A stretch of DNA of 64,000 bases from an uncultured Actinomycetota bacterium (GTDB lineage Bacteria > Actinomycetota > Actinomycetes > JAFAQI01). The notes below the pieces were generated by a model. That model did no database searches and was not told where the DNA came from. It saw nothing but the letters and a program-made list of their open reading frames with translations. Both the position numbers and the translations under genes were made by a program. Location of the stretch: assembly GCA_963770565.1 (NCBI GenBank), contig CAVYQE010000002.1:256001-320000 (forward strand), in the 5' to 3' direction. This document shows, one piece after another, positions 39,843 through 51,006 of this stretch (position 1 is its first letter; the number at the start of each line of letters is the position of its first letter).

Positions 39843-41258
39843 ATGAGCACTGAGGAGTTCCGGATCGAGCACGACTCGATGGGCGAAGTACGAGTGCCGA
39901 AGGACGCGCTCTGGCGAGCCCAGACCCAGCGCGCGGTCGAGAACTTCCCGCTGTCCGGGGTCACGGTCGACCCCGCCCTGATCGCCTCGCTCGGCGCGAT
40001 CAAGTCCGCGGCCGCAACCGTCAACGCCGAGCTCGGGGTGGTCGACGGTGACATCGCGGCCGCGATCGCGGCCGCGGCCGACGAAATCGCCGCTGGACAG
40101 CACGACGACGCGTTCCCGATCGACGTCTACCAGACCGGTTCCGGGACCTCGACGAACATGAACGCCAACGAGGTCATCGCCACCTTGGCCTCGCGGCACC
40201 TCGGCCGCGACGTGCACGCGAACGATCATGTCAACGCCTCGCAGTCGTCCAACGACGTCTTCCCGTCCGCGATCCATATCGCCGCGGTCGGCTCGATCAC
40301 TGCGGGGTTGATCCCCTCGTTGCGACACCTCGAAGCCTCGCTCGCCCGGAAGGCATCGGAGTGGGCCGACGTGGTCAAGAGCGGCCGCACTCACCTGATG
40401 GATGCGACCCCGGTGACACTGGGCCAGGAGTTCGGCGGGTACGCCGCAGCGATCCGCTACGGGGTCGAGCGGCTCGAGTCCTCGCTCCCACGGATCGGAG
40501 AACTTCCGCTCGGCGGCACCGCGGTCGGTACCGGCATCAACGCCCCCGCCGAGTTTGCCCCTCGGGTGATCGCAAACCTGAAGGCCAAGCTCGAATTACC
40601 GCTGTCCGAAGCCCGCAACCACTTCGAGGCCCAGGGCGCACGCGATTCTCTGGTCGAGGCGAGCGGACAACTCCGGACCATCGCGGCGAGTCTCTACAAG
40701 CTTGCGAACGACCTGCGCTGGATGTCGTCGGGCCCCCGCGCCGGGCTCAGTGAGATCCACCTGCCCGATCTGCAGCCGGGCTCCTCGATCATGCCGGGCA
40801 AGGTCAACCCGGTCATCCCCGAAGCGGTCTGCCAGATCGTCGCGCAGGTCATCGGGAACGACGCGGCGGTGGCGTTCGGGGGCGCGGCGGGCAATCTCGA
40901 GCTCAACGTGATGCTGCCGGTCATCGCCCGCAACCTGCTCGAGTCGATCCGCCTGCTGGCCAACTGCTCGCGGCTGCTCGCCGACCGATGCATCGATGAC
41001 ACGACCGCGAACGTCGAACGATGCCGGACCTATGCCGAGTCATCCCCCTCGATCGTCACGCCGCTGAACCGCTTCATCGGCTACGAGAAGGCAGCGAAAG
41101 CGGCAAAGAAGGCGCTCGCCGACGGTAAGACGGTGCGTCAGGCCGTCGTCGACCTCGGCTTCGTCGGCGACGGCGATGGCCAGGTGACCGAGGCCGAGCT
41201 CGACGAGGCGCTCGACGTCCTGTCGATGGCATATCCGCACGGCCGGCCCCACGGCTGA
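39843..41258 (+). CDS. fumC: Class II fumarate hydratase
   Basis: [21 protein letters not shown] and [11 protein letters not shown]. Confidence 0.97.
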   Translation: MSTEEFRIEHDSMGEVRVPKDALWRAQTQRAVENFPLSGVTVDPALIASLGAIKSAAATVNAELGVVDGDIAAAIAAAADEIAAGQHDDAFPIDVYQTGSGTSTNMNANEVIATLASRHLGRDVHANDHVNASQSSNDVFPSAIHIAAVGSITAGLIPSLRHLEASLARKASEWADVVKSGRTHLMDATPVTLGQEFGGYAAAIRYGVERLESSLPRIGELPLGGTAVGTGINAPAEFAPRVIANLKAKLELPLSEARNHFEAQGARDSLVEASGQLRTIAASLYKLANDLRWMSSGPRAGLSEIHLPDLQPGSSIMPGKVNPVIPEAVCQIVAQVIGNDAAVAFGGAAGNLELNVMLPVIARNLLESIRLLANCSRLLADRCIDDTTANVERCRTYAESSPSIVTPLNRFIGYEKAAKAAKKALADGKTVRQAVVDLGFVGDGDGQVTEAELDEALDVLSMAYPHGRPHG

Positions 41259-41348
41259 CCGACGATCGGTTTTCCGTTTCGGTTGACAGCGCCGCGCCGG
41301 GTCGAAAAGACTTCGCCACCGTCGGGGGTCAAACCTGGGGTGGTCACC

Positions 41349-42476
41349 ATGGGTGTTCGGGTTACGACGATCGGTCTTGCTGCCGGCCTCGCTGTCATCG
41401 GGCTGGTGGCGATGCCGCTCACGGCCTCAGCAGCGCCGAAGATCAAAGCTATCGGTGCTCATACGATTCCCGGCAAGACCTACGCGTACGCCGTCGCCTG
41501 TCCGCCCGGCAAGACGGTGCCCAAGGAAACCTGCATGGTGGTCGGCCAGGACACGGCCGGCGGCAATGCGATCTCGCTCGTGCGCCGCGGCAAGCCGGGC
41601 GCGCCGAAGAGCACGACCGGCGGCCTCAGCGCCACCTGTCCGAGTGCCACCATCTGCGTCACCGGCGGCGCCGAGGACTCGAGCACCGCACCGGGCGGCG
41701 TGGTCGGAACGGTCAGCTGGTTCACCTCGGGCACGCTGACGAAGACCACCGTCGTCGACGGAACGAGCGACATAACCGGAGTGGGCTGCGAGACGCCGGC
41801 GTTGTGCGTCGCGTCCGGCTACATCAACGGCAAGTCGACCTCGAGCGGCACGGTGCAGCACGGCGAGGTCGCGATCGTCAAGAACACCTCCTCGACCGTG
41901 CATGCGCACCGGGTCGCCAAGACCGATCAGCTCTCCGGCGTCGGCTGCGACGCCAACGACTCGTGCGTGGTGGTCGGCTTCGGCGGCCCGACCTCGTCGA
42001 CGCACGGCCTCATCATCGTGGTCAAGCACAGCAAGGTCGGCGCGGCACGGACCGCGCCGGGCGCTGGTCAGCTCAACGACGTTTCCTGCGGCTCGTCGAC
42101 AACGTGCTGGGCCACCGGCGAACACCTATCCGCGAAGAAGGGCGTCCTCGAGGTCGTCACGGAGGTGCATAACGGCAAGCCGCTTCATGCCCGTGACATC
42201 CCCGAAGGCACCGCCGCGATCTCGTGCGTGTCCACGACGACCTGCTACCTCGCCGGCGGGAAGGCGCGAGGCAAGAGCGGCCAGTCGAGCACCGGTGAGG
42301 TCCTCCGGTTGGTCAAGGGCCACGTGAAAGCGATCACGCTCGTTCCACACACGATGGGATACAGCGGGATCTCGTGCCCGGTGAGCTCCTCGTGCCTGGT
42401 AACCGGACCGCAGAGCTTCCACAACCCGGGACCGAGCTCCTACTGGCGCTCTGACGTCGTCGTACTCAAGGTCTAA
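41349..42476 (+). CDS. Secreted Cys-pair repeat protein (probable 7-bladed beta-propeller)
   Basis: Signal peptide (ASA-A); seven C-x5(-10)-C-x3-G repeats spaced about 40-55 aa apart. Confidence 0.75.
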   Translation: MGVRVTTIGLAAGLAVIGLVAMPLTASAAPKIKAIGAHTIPGKTYAYAVACPPGKTVPKETCMVVGQDTAGGNAISLVRRGKPGAPKSTTGGLSATCPSATICVTGGAEDSSTAPGGVVGTVSWFTSGTLTKTTVVDGTSDITGVGCETPALCVASGYINGKSTSSGTVQHGEVAIVKNTSSTVHAHRVAKTDQLSGVGCDANDSCVVVGFGGPTSSTHGLIIVVKHSKVGAARTAPGAGQLNDVSCGSSTTCWATGEHLSAKKGVLEVVTEVHNGKPLHARDIPEGTAAISCVSTTTCYLAGGKARGKSGQSSTGEVLRLVKGHVKAITLVPHTMGYSGISCPVSSSCLVTGPQSFHNPGPSSYWRSDVVVLKV

Positions 42477-43144
42477 ACCGGCACGGCCCGGATCCAGCGG
42501 CCGGCCGAGTCCAGCCACCGGTCGAACCTCAACCCTTGCCGGTCGAGCGAAGTCGCGATCTGGGTGTCATCGACGCGCTCGGTAGTGAATCGATGGGTCC
42601 AGGTCTGATCGCCGATGCGATACGTCATGACCGCGGACAACTGCCCGGGCGCCGGGTGCGCGATCTCGCCGAGCGACATCACGACGCCGCCGACCTCGAC
42701 GGTCACCGCCTCGGCCTCATCGAACCAGGCCGGCTCATGTCGTTCGATCACGACGCAGCCGTTGGTCGCGACGTGCCGGGCGCAGGTGGCGAGGAACGCA
42801 TCGCGCTGCGGTGCCGGGCTGTTGATGAGGTGCGAGCAAAGCAGTACGCCGTCGAAGCGGCGACCGAGGTCCAGACCTTCGATGCTGGAGAGCACGGTTT
42901 CCGCACCCGTGATCCGAGCGAGCATCTCGGGTGAGTCGTCGACCGCGACGATGCGGTAGCCCTGGGCGATGAGCGCGTGTGTCACCCGCCCGGCACCCGC
43001 GCCGAGCTCGAGCAACGAGGCCGGCGGCGCCACGGCCGCGGCAACGATGTCCGGCTCGACTCCGGCGGGCAGCGCGGCGTAGACCTCGACCGAGCAGCCG
43101 TCGGCAGTGATCGCTCCAGGGCCGGTACCGGCACCGGGTGTCAC
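42473..43144 (-). CDS. Class I SAM-dependent methyltransferase
   Basis: LELGAGAGR, AVDDSPEML and RRFDGVLL. Confidence 0.9.
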   Translation of the reverse strand: MTPGAGTGPGAITADGCSVEVYAALPAGVEPDIVAAAVAPPASLLELGAGAGRVTHALIAQGYRIVAVDDSPEMLARITGAETVLSSIEGLDLGRRFDGVLLCSHLINSPAPQRDAFLATCARHVATNGCVVIERHEPAWFDEAEAVTVEVGGVVMSLGEIAHPAPGQLSAVMTYRIGDQTWTHRFTTERVDDTQIATSLDRQGLRFDRWLDSAGRWIRAVPV

Positions 43145-43154
43145 GAGCAGCCTC

Positions 43155-44495
43155 CTAGCTGCCGATGTCTTCCAGCATCTCGGTGACGAGGGCTGCGATC
43201 GGCGATCGTTCGGAGCGGGTCAGCGTGACGTGGGCAAACAACGGATGGCCCTTCAACGCCTCGATGACCGCAGCCACGCCATCGTGACGTCCCACCCGCA
43301 GATTGTCGCGCTGCGCGACATCGTGGGTGAGCACCACCCGCGAGTTTTGGCCGATCCGGGACAGGACGGTGAGCAGGACACCGCGTTCGAGCGACTGCGC
43401 CTCGTCGACGATCACGAAGGAGTCGTGCAGACTCCGGCCGCGGATATGGGTGAGCGGCATCACCTCGAGCAGGTCCCGATCGACGACTTCCTCGATCACG
43501 GTTTCGGGCACGACTGCACCCAAGGTGTCGAAGACCGCCTGTGCCCACGGCGTCATCTTCTCCGCTTCGCTGCCCGGCAGGTAGCCGAGCTCCTGCCCGC
43601 CGACCGGATAGAGCGGCCGGAAGACCAGCACCTTCCGGTGCTGCCGGCGCTCGAGCACGGCTTCGAGACCGGCACACAGCGCAAGCGCGGACTTGCCGGT
43701 CCCGGCCCGGCCACCCAGCGACACGATTCCGATCTCGGTGTCGAGCAACAGGTCCAGCGCGATCCGCTGCTCAGCGCTGCGTCCGTGCAGGCCGAACGCC
43801 TCACGGTCGCCACGGACGAGTTGCAGGGTCTTGTCCGGCGCGACCCGGGCAAGCGCGCTGCCCCGTTCGGAGAGCAACACCACGCCGGTGTGACAAGGAA
43901 GGTGGCGGGCCACCTCGAGGTCGAGACTGTCCGCGGCGTACAACGCGTCGACCTCGTCGCCTGAGACGTCGAGCTCGGCCATTCCGGTCCATCCGGTGGC
44001 CACCTGCTCGGCAAGGTATTCGTCGGCGACCAGGCCCATGCTCGCGGCCTTGATCCGCAGCGGGGTGTCCTTGCTGATCAGTACGACGTCGGTGCCTTCA
44101 GCCGCAAGGTTGGCGGCCACGGTAAGAATCCGGCTGTCGTTGTCGGCCAGCCGGTAGCCGGCCGGCAGCACGGACGAATCGCTGTGATTGAGCTCGACCC
44201 GCAGCGTGCCACCCGCGTCGTTGATCGGGACGGGTGTGTCGAGCCGGCCGTGCTGCACCCGAAGGTCGTCGAGCAGGTGCAGCGCCTGCCGGGCGAACCA
44301 GCCGAGCTCGGGGTGATGCCGCTTGGCTTCGAGTTCAGCGATCACGACGACCGGCAGAACGACATCGTGCTCGGCAAATCGATTGAGCGCGGACGGATCG
44401 GCGAGCAGCACGCTCGTGTCGAGGACGTAGACCCGCCGGCGCAACTTGCGCCGCTTGGTCGAGGGGGACACGGCGCTTGTCGCGGCTGGGGTCAC
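43155..44495 (-). CDS. PhoH2-type protein (PIN domain plus PhoH ATPase)
   Basis: PIN motifs [18 protein letters not shown]; Walker A GRAGTGKS; RGRS and IVDEAQ. Confidence 0.93.
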   Translation of the reverse strand: MTPAATSAVSPSTKRRKLRRRVYVLDTSVLLADPSALNRFAEHDVVLPVVVIAELEAKRHHPELGWFARQALHLLDDLRVQHGRLDTPVPINDAGGTLRVELNHSDSSVLPAGYRLADNDSRILTVAANLAAEGTDVVLISKDTPLRIKAASMGLVADEYLAEQVATGWTGMAELDVSGDEVDALYAADSLDLEVARHLPCHTGVVLLSERGSALARVAPDKTLQLVRGDREAFGLHGRSAEQRIALDLLLDTEIGIVSLGGRAGTGKSALALCAGLEAVLERRQHRKVLVFRPLYPVGGQELGYLPGSEAEKMTPWAQAVFDTLGAVVPETVIEEVVDRDLLEVMPLTHIRGRSLHDSFVIVDEAQSLERGVLLTVLSRIGQNSRVVLTHDVAQRDNLRVGRHDGVAAVIEALKGHPLFAHVTLTRSERSPIAALVTEMLEDIGS

Positions 44496-44629
44496 GAGGC
44501 CTCCGAGAACGCAGCCGGCACGGTGTCGACCGCCTCGGCCGACGCTACGTCGTGGTCCGTGTCCGCGCGGCGTACGACACGCAACGGTTGGGTGAAGGAA
44601 CGGCTCAGGCCGCGTCCGGGCCCAGCCGG

Positions 44630-45160
44630 TCAGTGCACGCGGAAGGACCGGACCTGGCCGGGCCGCCCGGCACGCCGGGCGCGATGCCCGTCCACCGATA
44701 TCCGGACGGCCCCGGCATTGCCCAGCCGTACGTCGAGACCGTGATGGCGGAACGTCACTCGCTGGCCGGGGTGCAGGATCCGTCGCAGCAGCAGATGTCC
44801 GTGGCGGGTGACCTGGATGTAGCAGTCGGCGCCGGCATCACGCACCACCAGCGCCGGCGGTGCCGGCCGATGTCGATGGGGTGTCCGCTTCGGCTTCGCG
44901 GTCGCCGGTGGCGCCGGGCTGGCCGGCGCAGCGGCGATCACTGGAGGGACGACCCGAGGAGTCCGCGGTGTCACTACCCCTGCGCTGCGCGGCGCCTGGC
45001 CCTGAGCGATGGCGTGGCCGAAGGCAACCCCGCCGACCGCGAGAACGGCGACCGCGGTCACGGTCGGGACGACCGCTCGCTGCCGCGACGGCGGCTTGCG
45101 GTGCCGGCCACGATGGCCATGCGAACGCACCGCGTGCTGCTTGCGATGACGTCCGGCCAT
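44630..45160 (-). CDS. Single-TM protein with a RodZ-C/DUF4115-like domain
   Basis: Basic N-terminus (GRHR), TM helix, Pro-rich linker, then [15 protein letters not shown]. Confidence 0.7.
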   Translation of the reverse strand: MAGRHRKQHAVRSHGHRGRHRKPPSRQRAVVPTVTAVAVLAVGGVAFGHAIAQGQAPRSAGVVTPRTPRVVPPVIAAAPASPAPPATAKPKRTPHRHRPAPPALVVRDAGADCYIQVTRHGHLLLRRILHPGQRVTFRHHGLDVRLGNAGAVRISVDGHRARRAGRPGQVRSFRVH

Positions 45161-45228
45161 GAATTCATCATCCCTTGCAGGACGCGAAAACCCTGGCAAC
45201 CAAGGCCGGTCGGGGAGTTGTCGACGGC

Positions 45229-46031
45229 TCAGGCGCCGTGCCGCCGCTCCCGTTGCGCGTATGAGCGCAGGGCGCGCAGGAAGTCGATCCGCCGGAAGTC
45301 CGGCCAGAGCGCGTCGCAGAAGTAGAACTCGGAGTGTGCGCTCTGCCACAGCAGGAACCCGCCGAGCCGCTGCTCTCCCGACGTACGGATCACCAGGTCG
45401 GGGTCCGGCTGGCCGCGGGTGTAGAGGTGGTCGGCGATGTGCTCGACGTCGAGCACGCCGGCCACCTCCTCGAGCGACGCGCCGCGCGAGGCGTGCTCCT
45501 GCAAGAGGCTGCGTACGGCGTCGGCGATCTCGCGCCGGCCGCCGTAGCCGATCGCGACGTTGACCACGATGCCGGTCTTGTCGCGGGTGGCCTCGTCGGC
45601 CTCCTTCAGCGCCCGCACGGTCGAGTCGCGCAGCAGGTCGAGCGAGCCGACCGGATGCACGCGCCACGGACGCTCGGGGGCGGCCAGATCAGTCACCGTG
45701 GCCTCGATGATGTCGAGCAGCGGCAACAGCTCCTCGGGCGGCCGGCTGAGGTTGTCACTCGACAGCAGCCAGAGCGTGACGACCTCGACGTGGGCGTCGC
45801 TGCACCACCCGAGCAGGTCGACGATGTGGTTCGCGCCGGCTGGTGCCCTTGACTGACGTTGCTGGCGCCGGACGCTCTGGCCCAGCGGCGGTTGCCGTCG
45901 AGGATGACGCCGACGTGGCGCGGGCGCGGGCCGTCTCCGAGCGACCGCTCGAGCCGGCGCTCATAGAGCCCGTAGATCGGCACGTACGCCCACCCGGCAG
46001 CCCTCCTCACGTGCAACGGTAGCCGCCACAA
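45229..46031 (-). pseudogene. Short-chain Z-isoprenyl diphosphate synthase (Rv1086-like), split by a 1-bp frameshift near 45840
   Basis: [13 protein letters not shown] lies in one frame and IRTSGEQRLGGFLLWQ in another; restoring one G gives [16 protein letters not shown]. May be a sequencing error. Confidence 0.8.
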
Positions 46032-46047
46032 CGTGTAGTAGGCGGAC

Positions 46048-47865
46048 CTATCCGAGTCGGGCGTTCAGAGTGTCGAGCTGCTCCCAGAGCAGGCCCGGGA
46101 GGTGATCACCGAACCGCTCGTAGTGCGGGCGGACGAGAGCGGCCTCTTCACGCCAGGCTTCGGGGTCGACCGAGAGCAGCACGTCGAGGGCGTCCGCGCT
46201 GATGTCGAGCCCGTCGAGGTCGAGCGACTCAACGGTCGGCACCCGGCCGATCGGGGTGTCAGCGGCGTCGGCGGTGCCGGCGATCCGGTCCGAGATCCAC
46301 TTCAGAACCCGGCTGTTCTCACCGAAGCCCGGCCAGACGTACTTGCCCTCGGCGTTCTTGCGGAACCAGTTGACGAAGTAGATCCGCGGCAGCTTGGCCG
46401 GGTCGGCCGACGCACCCAGCGTGAGCCAGTGCCCGAAGTAGTCGCCCATGTTGTAGCCGCAGAACGGCAGCATCGCGAACGGGTCCCGGCGAAGCTCGCC
46501 GATCTTGTTCTCTGCCGCCGCGGTGCCCTCGGAGGCGACGTTCGATGCGAGGAAGACGCCGTGCGCCCAGTCGAACGACTCGGTGACCAGCGGGACGCTC
46601 GTTGCGCGCCGGCCACCGAAGAGGATCGCGTCGATCGGCACGCCGGCCGGGTCTTCCCACTCGGGGGCAATCGTCGGGCACTGCGACGCGGGTGCGGTGA
46701 ATCGGGCGTTGGGGTGCGCGGCGGGTTCGCTCGACTCGGGCGTCCAGTCGTGGCCCTTCCAGTCGATGAGGTGCGCGGGCGGCGTGTCGGTCAAGCCCTC
46801 CCACCACACGTCGCCGTCGTCGGTCAGGGCGACATTCGTGAAGATGCAATTGGCGTTCAGCGTCGCGATCGCGTTGGCGTTGGTCGACTCGCCGGTGCCC
46901 GGTGCGACGCCGAAGAAACCGGCCTCGGGGTTGATCGCGCGCAGCCGCCCGTCATCACCGAAACGCATCCAGCAGATGTCGTCGCCGATGGTCTCGGCCT
47001 TCCAGCCTTCGAGGGTCGGCTGCAACATCGCCAGATTGGTCTTGCCGCACGCACTCGGAAACGCCGCCGCCAGGTAATGCACAGCGCCTTCGGGTGAGGT
47101 CAGCTTCACGATCAGCATGTGCTCGGCGAGCCAACCCTCGTCGCGGGCCATCACGCTCGCGATCCGCAGGGCGTAGCACTTCTTGCCGAGCAGCGCGTTG
47201 CCGCCGTACCCGGATCCGTAGGACCAGATCTCGCGGGTCTCCGGGTAGTGAACGATGTACTTCTCGGAATTGCAGGGCCAGGCGACATCGGCCTGTCCCT
47301 CGGCGAGCGGCGCACCGACCGAGTGCACGGCCGGCACGAAGAAGCCGTCCTCGCCCATCGCGTCGAGGGCGGCCTTGCCCATCCGGGTCATGATCTTCAT
47401 CGAGATGACGACGTACGGCGAGTCGGTGATCTCGACCCCCAACGCCGAGATCGGCGAGCCGAGCGGCCCCATGCAGAACGGGACGACATACATCGTGCGG
47501 CCGCGCATGCAGCCGGCAAACAATCCGTTCAGGGTCTGCCGCATCTCGGCCGGGTCGACCCAGTTGTTCGTCGGCCCGGCGTCGGCTTCGCGCTCGGAGC
47601 AGATGAAGGTCCGGCTCTCGACCCGGGCAACGTCGGCCGGGTCGGACTTGGCATAGAAGGAGTTCGGTCGCTTCTCGGCGTTGAGGCGGGTCAGCGTGCC
47701 TGCGGCTTCGAGCTGGCGGGTGATGCGGTCCCACTCCTCCTCGGATCCGTCGCACCACTCGACCCGGTCCGGGGTGGTCAGCGCCGCGATGTCGCGGACC
47801 CAGGCGGCGAGCCGGCCATGTTTGGTCGGCACGGCCTCGAGGCCGGGAATCGGGGCGGCAGCCAT
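46048..47865 (-). CDS. pckG: Phosphoenolpyruvate carboxykinase (GTP)
   Basis: [30 protein letters not shown] and NWFRK. Confidence 0.97.
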   Translation of the reverse strand: MAAAPIPGLEAVPTKHGRLAAWVRDIAALTTPDRVEWCDGSEEEWDRITRQLEAAGTLTRLNAEKRPNSFYAKSDPADVARVESRTFICSEREADAGPTNNWVDPAEMRQTLNGLFAGCMRGRTMYVVPFCMGPLGSPISALGVEITDSPYVVISMKIMTRMGKAALDAMGEDGFFVPAVHSVGAPLAEGQADVAWPCNSEKYIVHYPETREIWSYGSGYGGNALLGKKCYALRIASVMARDEGWLAEHMLIVKLTSPEGAVHYLAAAFPSACGKTNLAMLQPTLEGWKAETIGDDICWMRFGDDGRLRAINPEAGFFGVAPGTGESTNANAIATLNANCIFTNVALTDDGDVWWEGLTDTPPAHLIDWKGHDWTPESSEPAAHPNARFTAPASQCPTIAPEWEDPAGVPIDAILFGGRRATSVPLVTESFDWAHGVFLASNVASEGTAAAENKIGELRRDPFAMLPFCGYNMGDYFGHWLTLGASADPAKLPRIYFVNWFRKNAEGKYVWPGFGENSRVLKWISDRIAGTADAADTPIGRVPTVESLDLDGLDISADALDVLLSVDPEAWREEAALVRPHYERFGDHLPGLLWEQLDTLNARLG

Positions 47866-47988
47866 GACACTCTCCTCGGACGAGCCACGCGTCGAAAACG
47901 GTATGACGCGGAACGCATTGGCGCTGGAAGGACGCCAAGCATAACGCTTGTCCGGTATTTCCCGCTACGCGGGCCCTGCATCCACCGA

Positions 47989-48501
47989 TCAGCCCGCTGC
48001 GGCGTCCGGCCCCTGCTCGCGCAGCCGCTCGACGTCGCTGAGCGCTGCGCGAAGCTCGCCGAGCCACTCGCTGCTGTGCTGGCCGACCAGCCGCACACAC
48101 CAGGCCAGCGCGTGCGAGCGCGAGCGTGCGACGCCGGCGTCCACCAGGGTGTCGAGCACGATCCGCTCCGGCTGCCGCAACCTGGTCATCACCGGTACGG
48201 CGATCCGGGTGAACATCGTCTCGGTGTCACCGCAGCGGGCACCCCAGGCCACCTTGCGGGCAAAGCGGTGCTCGGCCTCGCGGGCGATCTGGATTCGCCG
48301 CTCGCGGGTGTCCTCGCGGAACCTCGCGATCCGCCCGGCCGCCGCCTCGGCCCGCGCCGCGTCATCGCCGTCGACCTCCGCGGGCGCCTCGAGCGTGCCG
48401 ACGACCACGATCTCGTCGCGGTCAACCGTCACCTCAGGTGCGGCGGTGAACCACTCGGCCGGTACTCGACCGGTGAACCATGCACTCACGTCTTCGGCCA
48501 T
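47989..48501 (-). CDS. Conserved actinobacterial protein with a C-terminal ribbon-helix-helix-like domain
   Basis: VPVMTRLRQPERIVLDTLVDAGVARSRSHALAWCV has a CopG-like beta-alpha-alpha pattern; start uncertain. Confidence 0.75.
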   Translation of the reverse strand: MAEDVSAWFTGRVPAEWFTAAPEVTVDRDEIVVVGTLEAPAEVDGDDAARAEAAAGRIARFREDTRERRIQIAREAEHRFARKVAWGARCGDTETMFTRIAVPVMTRLRQPERIVLDTLVDAGVARSRSHALAWCVRLVGQHSSEWLGELRAALSDVERLREQGPDAAAG

Positions 48502-48534
48502 CTGCAGCTCACCCACACTCTCGTTGTCCGCTGG

Positions 48535-48560
48535 ATGATTACAGGTAATCATGTAATCAT
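48535..48560. promoter_or_regulatory. Octamer operator (GTAATCAT x3)
   Basis: ATGATTAC-AG-GTAATCAT-GTAATCAT: an inverted pair plus a direct repeat just upstream of the RHH-like gene. Confidence 0.7.
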
Positions 48561-48590
48561 CCCGGGGACCAGCCCGTTCGCCAAAGGCGA

Positions 48591-48672
48591 AAGCAATGTC
48601 ACATCGCCCAGCGCTCAGCGGGGGGATGTCACATTGCCCCCACGAAGTGCGGGGCAATGTGACATTGCTTGG
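48591..48672. repeat. Triple-palindrome dispersed repeat, copy 3 (inverted orientation)
   Basis: Units start at 48593, 48623 and 48654; spacer CCCCACGAAGTGCGGG is the reverse complement of the spacer in copies 1 and 2. Confidence 0.9.
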
Positions 48673-48692
48673 CCCGGAGCGGCGCTGAGGGA

Positions 48693-49277
48693 TCAGGGGC
48701 GCTGAGCGGGCGCCGGGTGGTAGCGCATGCCGTCCATCAGCAGCGCGACCAGCCGGCGGGCGTGGTCACGCCAGTCCTCGCGGTCGGTCGCGAGGCAGAT
48801 CCCGCTGACCGCCCGGAGCAGGTCCATCGGCTCGACGTCGTCGCGGATCGCGCTGGCGCGGACACCGGCATCGACGAGCCCCGTGACGGCGGCGGTCACC
48901 CGCCGGTGGGACTCCGCGAACAGCTCTGAGTCGGCGCCCACCACGGACTTCAGCGCGGCCGCCATCCCGCGCTTGGTCGCGACGTAGGCGACGAAGCGCT
49001 GGAGCCACTCCTCGAGTGCTTCGCCGGGCGGGCACTCGGTGGCCAGCTCGTCCGCGGACTCGCAGAGCAGCTCGACCTCATGCCGATAAACCGCTTCGAT
49101 CAGCGCGTCCCGAGTGGGAAAGTGTCGGTAGAGGGTGCCGATGCCAACGTCGGAGCGGCGGGCGATCTCCTCGAGCGGTACGTCGATTCCGCGCTCGAAG
49201 AACGCAGCCGCGGCCTCGGTCACGAGCCGGTCGTGATTGCGGCGGGCGTCGACGCGCATCGGTCGCGTCGTCACCAT
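48693..49277 (-). CDS. TetR family regulator
   Basis: RVDARRN and IARRSDVGIGTLYRHFPTR; GAGGAG RBS. Confidence 0.93.
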   Translation of the reverse strand: MVTTRPMRVDARRNHDRLVTEAAAAFFERGIDVPLEEIARRSDVGIGTLYRHFPTRDALIEAVYRHEVELLCESADELATECPPGEALEEWLQRFVAYVATKRGMAAALKSVVGADSELFAESHRRVTAAVTGLVDAGVRASAIRDDVEPMDLLRAVSGICLATDREDWRDHARRLVALLMDGMRYHPAPAQRP

Positions 49278-49383
49278 CTCGGTCTCCTCACCGGCGGCCG
49301 TGGCCGCAGAAACGCCTGTGCACCGGAATTGTCACCGGTAGCGGGTTGACTGGCTGTGGAACCAGCCAAATAAATCAGCTTGC

Positions 49384-49427
49384 AACCGGAGGATGCCTCC
49401 GTTATAGTACCGGAGGAACCATCCGTT
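49384..49427. promoter_or_regulatory. Two TetR-type operators in the divergent tetR/MFS region
   Basis: ACCGGAGGATGCCTCCGTT and ACCGGAGGAACCATCCGTT, 24 bp apart. Confidence 0.7.
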
Positions 49428-49476
49428 TTCATCGATCGTACTGCAGCGGGCAACCGTCTGCGTGGAAGAAGTAGTC

Positions 49477-51006
49477 GTGAGCATCGATTTCCGTACCTCT
49501 GCGGCCAGCCGCGAGCAGCTGCACCGCCGCCACCCCGGCCTGGTCCTCGCCGTGATCCTCACCGTTCAGCTCATGGTCGTGCTCGACGCGACCATCGTGA
49601 ACATCGCGCTGCCGCATATCCGGACCGCGCTGGGCTTCTCGACCGCCAACCTGTCCTGGGTCATCAACGCCTACACCCTGACCTTCGGCGGCCTGCTCTT
49701 GCTCGGGGCCCGAAGCGGCGACATCCTCGGGCGCCGCTCGACCTTCATCTGGGGCATCGCGCTGTTCACCGTGGCCTCCCTGCTCGGTGGGTTCTCGCAG
49801 AACCCCGCCGAGCTCCTGATCGCCCGCGCCGCCCAAGGCGTCGGCGGCGCGTTCGCCGCACCCTCAGCGCTGGCACTGCTCATGACCATGTTCACCGAGG
49901 GTCGCGAGCGGACCAGGGCGATCGGGCTCTACACCGCGGTGTCCGTCGGCGGAAGCGCTGTCGGGCTGCTCGCCGGCGGCGCCCTCACGCAGTGGGTGTC
50001 ATGGCGCTGGGTGCTGTTCGTCAACGTGCCGATCGGCATCGTGGTCGTCGCGCTCGCCCGGATGGTGATCCACGAGACGCCGCGACACAAGGGCGCCTTC
50101 GACCTGCTCGGCGCCCTCACCTCGACGCTCGGCATGGCCGCACTGGTCTATGGCTTCGTGCGCGCCGCCACCGGCGGCTGGACCGACCCCGACACGATCG
50201 CGTCCTTCGTCGGCGGCGTCGTCCTCCTGGTCTGGTTCGTGCTCACCGAGCGCCGGGCCGCGTCACCGATCACGCCACTGCGGTTGTTCGCGGATCGCAA
50301 CCGGGCCAGCTCCTACGTCGCCCGGCTGCTTCTGGTCGCCGGCATGATGGGGATGTTCTTCTTCCTCACCCAGTTCCTGCAGAACGTCCTCGGCTACAGC
50401 CCGATCCGCACCGGCCTGGCCTTCCTGCCGATCACCATCGTGTTGTTCGCGGCGTCGCAGGTGACCTCACGGGTGCTGATCGAGCGCTTCGGCCCGCGGC
50501 CGTTGATGATCGCTGGGGTCGCGATCTCCACCCTCGGCCTGCTCTGGATGACGCAGCTGTCAGCGGGCAGCTCGTACCCGTCGCTGCTCGGACCGCTGGT
50601 TCTGTTCGGCACCGGCAACGGCCTGTCCTTCGTGCCGCTCACCACCGCATCGCTGGCGGGCGTCGCTCCCGAGGACGCCGGCGCGGCCTCCGGCCTGGTC
50701 AACGTGATGCAACAGGTCGGTGGCTCGCTCGGGCTCGCCGTCCTGGTCACGGTCTTCGGGTCGGCCAGCCGGCACGCAGCGACCCATGCCGCCGCCGGGC
50801 TGAGCGCGGTCGCCCGAGCGAACCACGCGTACGTCGCCGGCGCCGACCGCGCGTTCCAGGTGTCGACCGCGTTGCTGTTCGCCACCTTGCTGATGGTGAT
50901 CTTCGCGATCCGCACCGAGACGACGCCGTCGTACCCGACGCTGGAAGAAGAGTTGATCGAGGAGCTGGAGACGGCCGGGTCGATCAGCGCAGTCGCGTCA
51001 GGTTGA
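49477..51006 (+). CDS. DHA2 (EmrB/QacA) MFS efflux transporter
   Basis: LDATIVNIALP, GDILGRR, WRWVLFVNVPIG; about 14 TM helices. Confidence 0.94.
   Translation: MSIDFRTSAASREQLHRRHPGLVLAVILTVQLMVVLDATIVNIALPHIRTALGFSTANLSWVINAYTLTFGGLLLLGARSGDILGRRSTFIWGIALFTVASLLGGFSQNPAELLIARAAQGVGGAFAAPSALALLMTMFTEGRERTRAIGLYTAVSVGGSAVGLLAGGALTQWVSWRWVLFVNVPIGIVVVALARMVIHETPRHKGAFDLLGALTSTLGMAALVYGFVRAATGGWTDPDTIASFVGGVVLLVWFVLTERRAASPITPLRLFADRNRASSYVARLLLVAGMMGMFFFLTQFLQNVLGYSPIRTGLAFLPITIVLFAASQVTSRVLIERFGPRPLMIAGVAISTLGLLWMTQLSAGSSYPSLLGPLVLFGTGNGLSFVPLTTASLAGVAPEDAGAASGLVNVMQQVGGSLGLAVLVTVFGSASRHAATHAAAGLSAVARANHAYVAGADRAFQVSTALLFATLLMVIFAIRTETTPSYPTLEEELIEELETAGSISAVASG

Noticed and set aside
43155-44495. 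PIN-PhoH as a toxin-antitoxin module
   Set aside because: It is a core-syntenic PhoH2-type gene with no small antitoxin-like ORF upstream.
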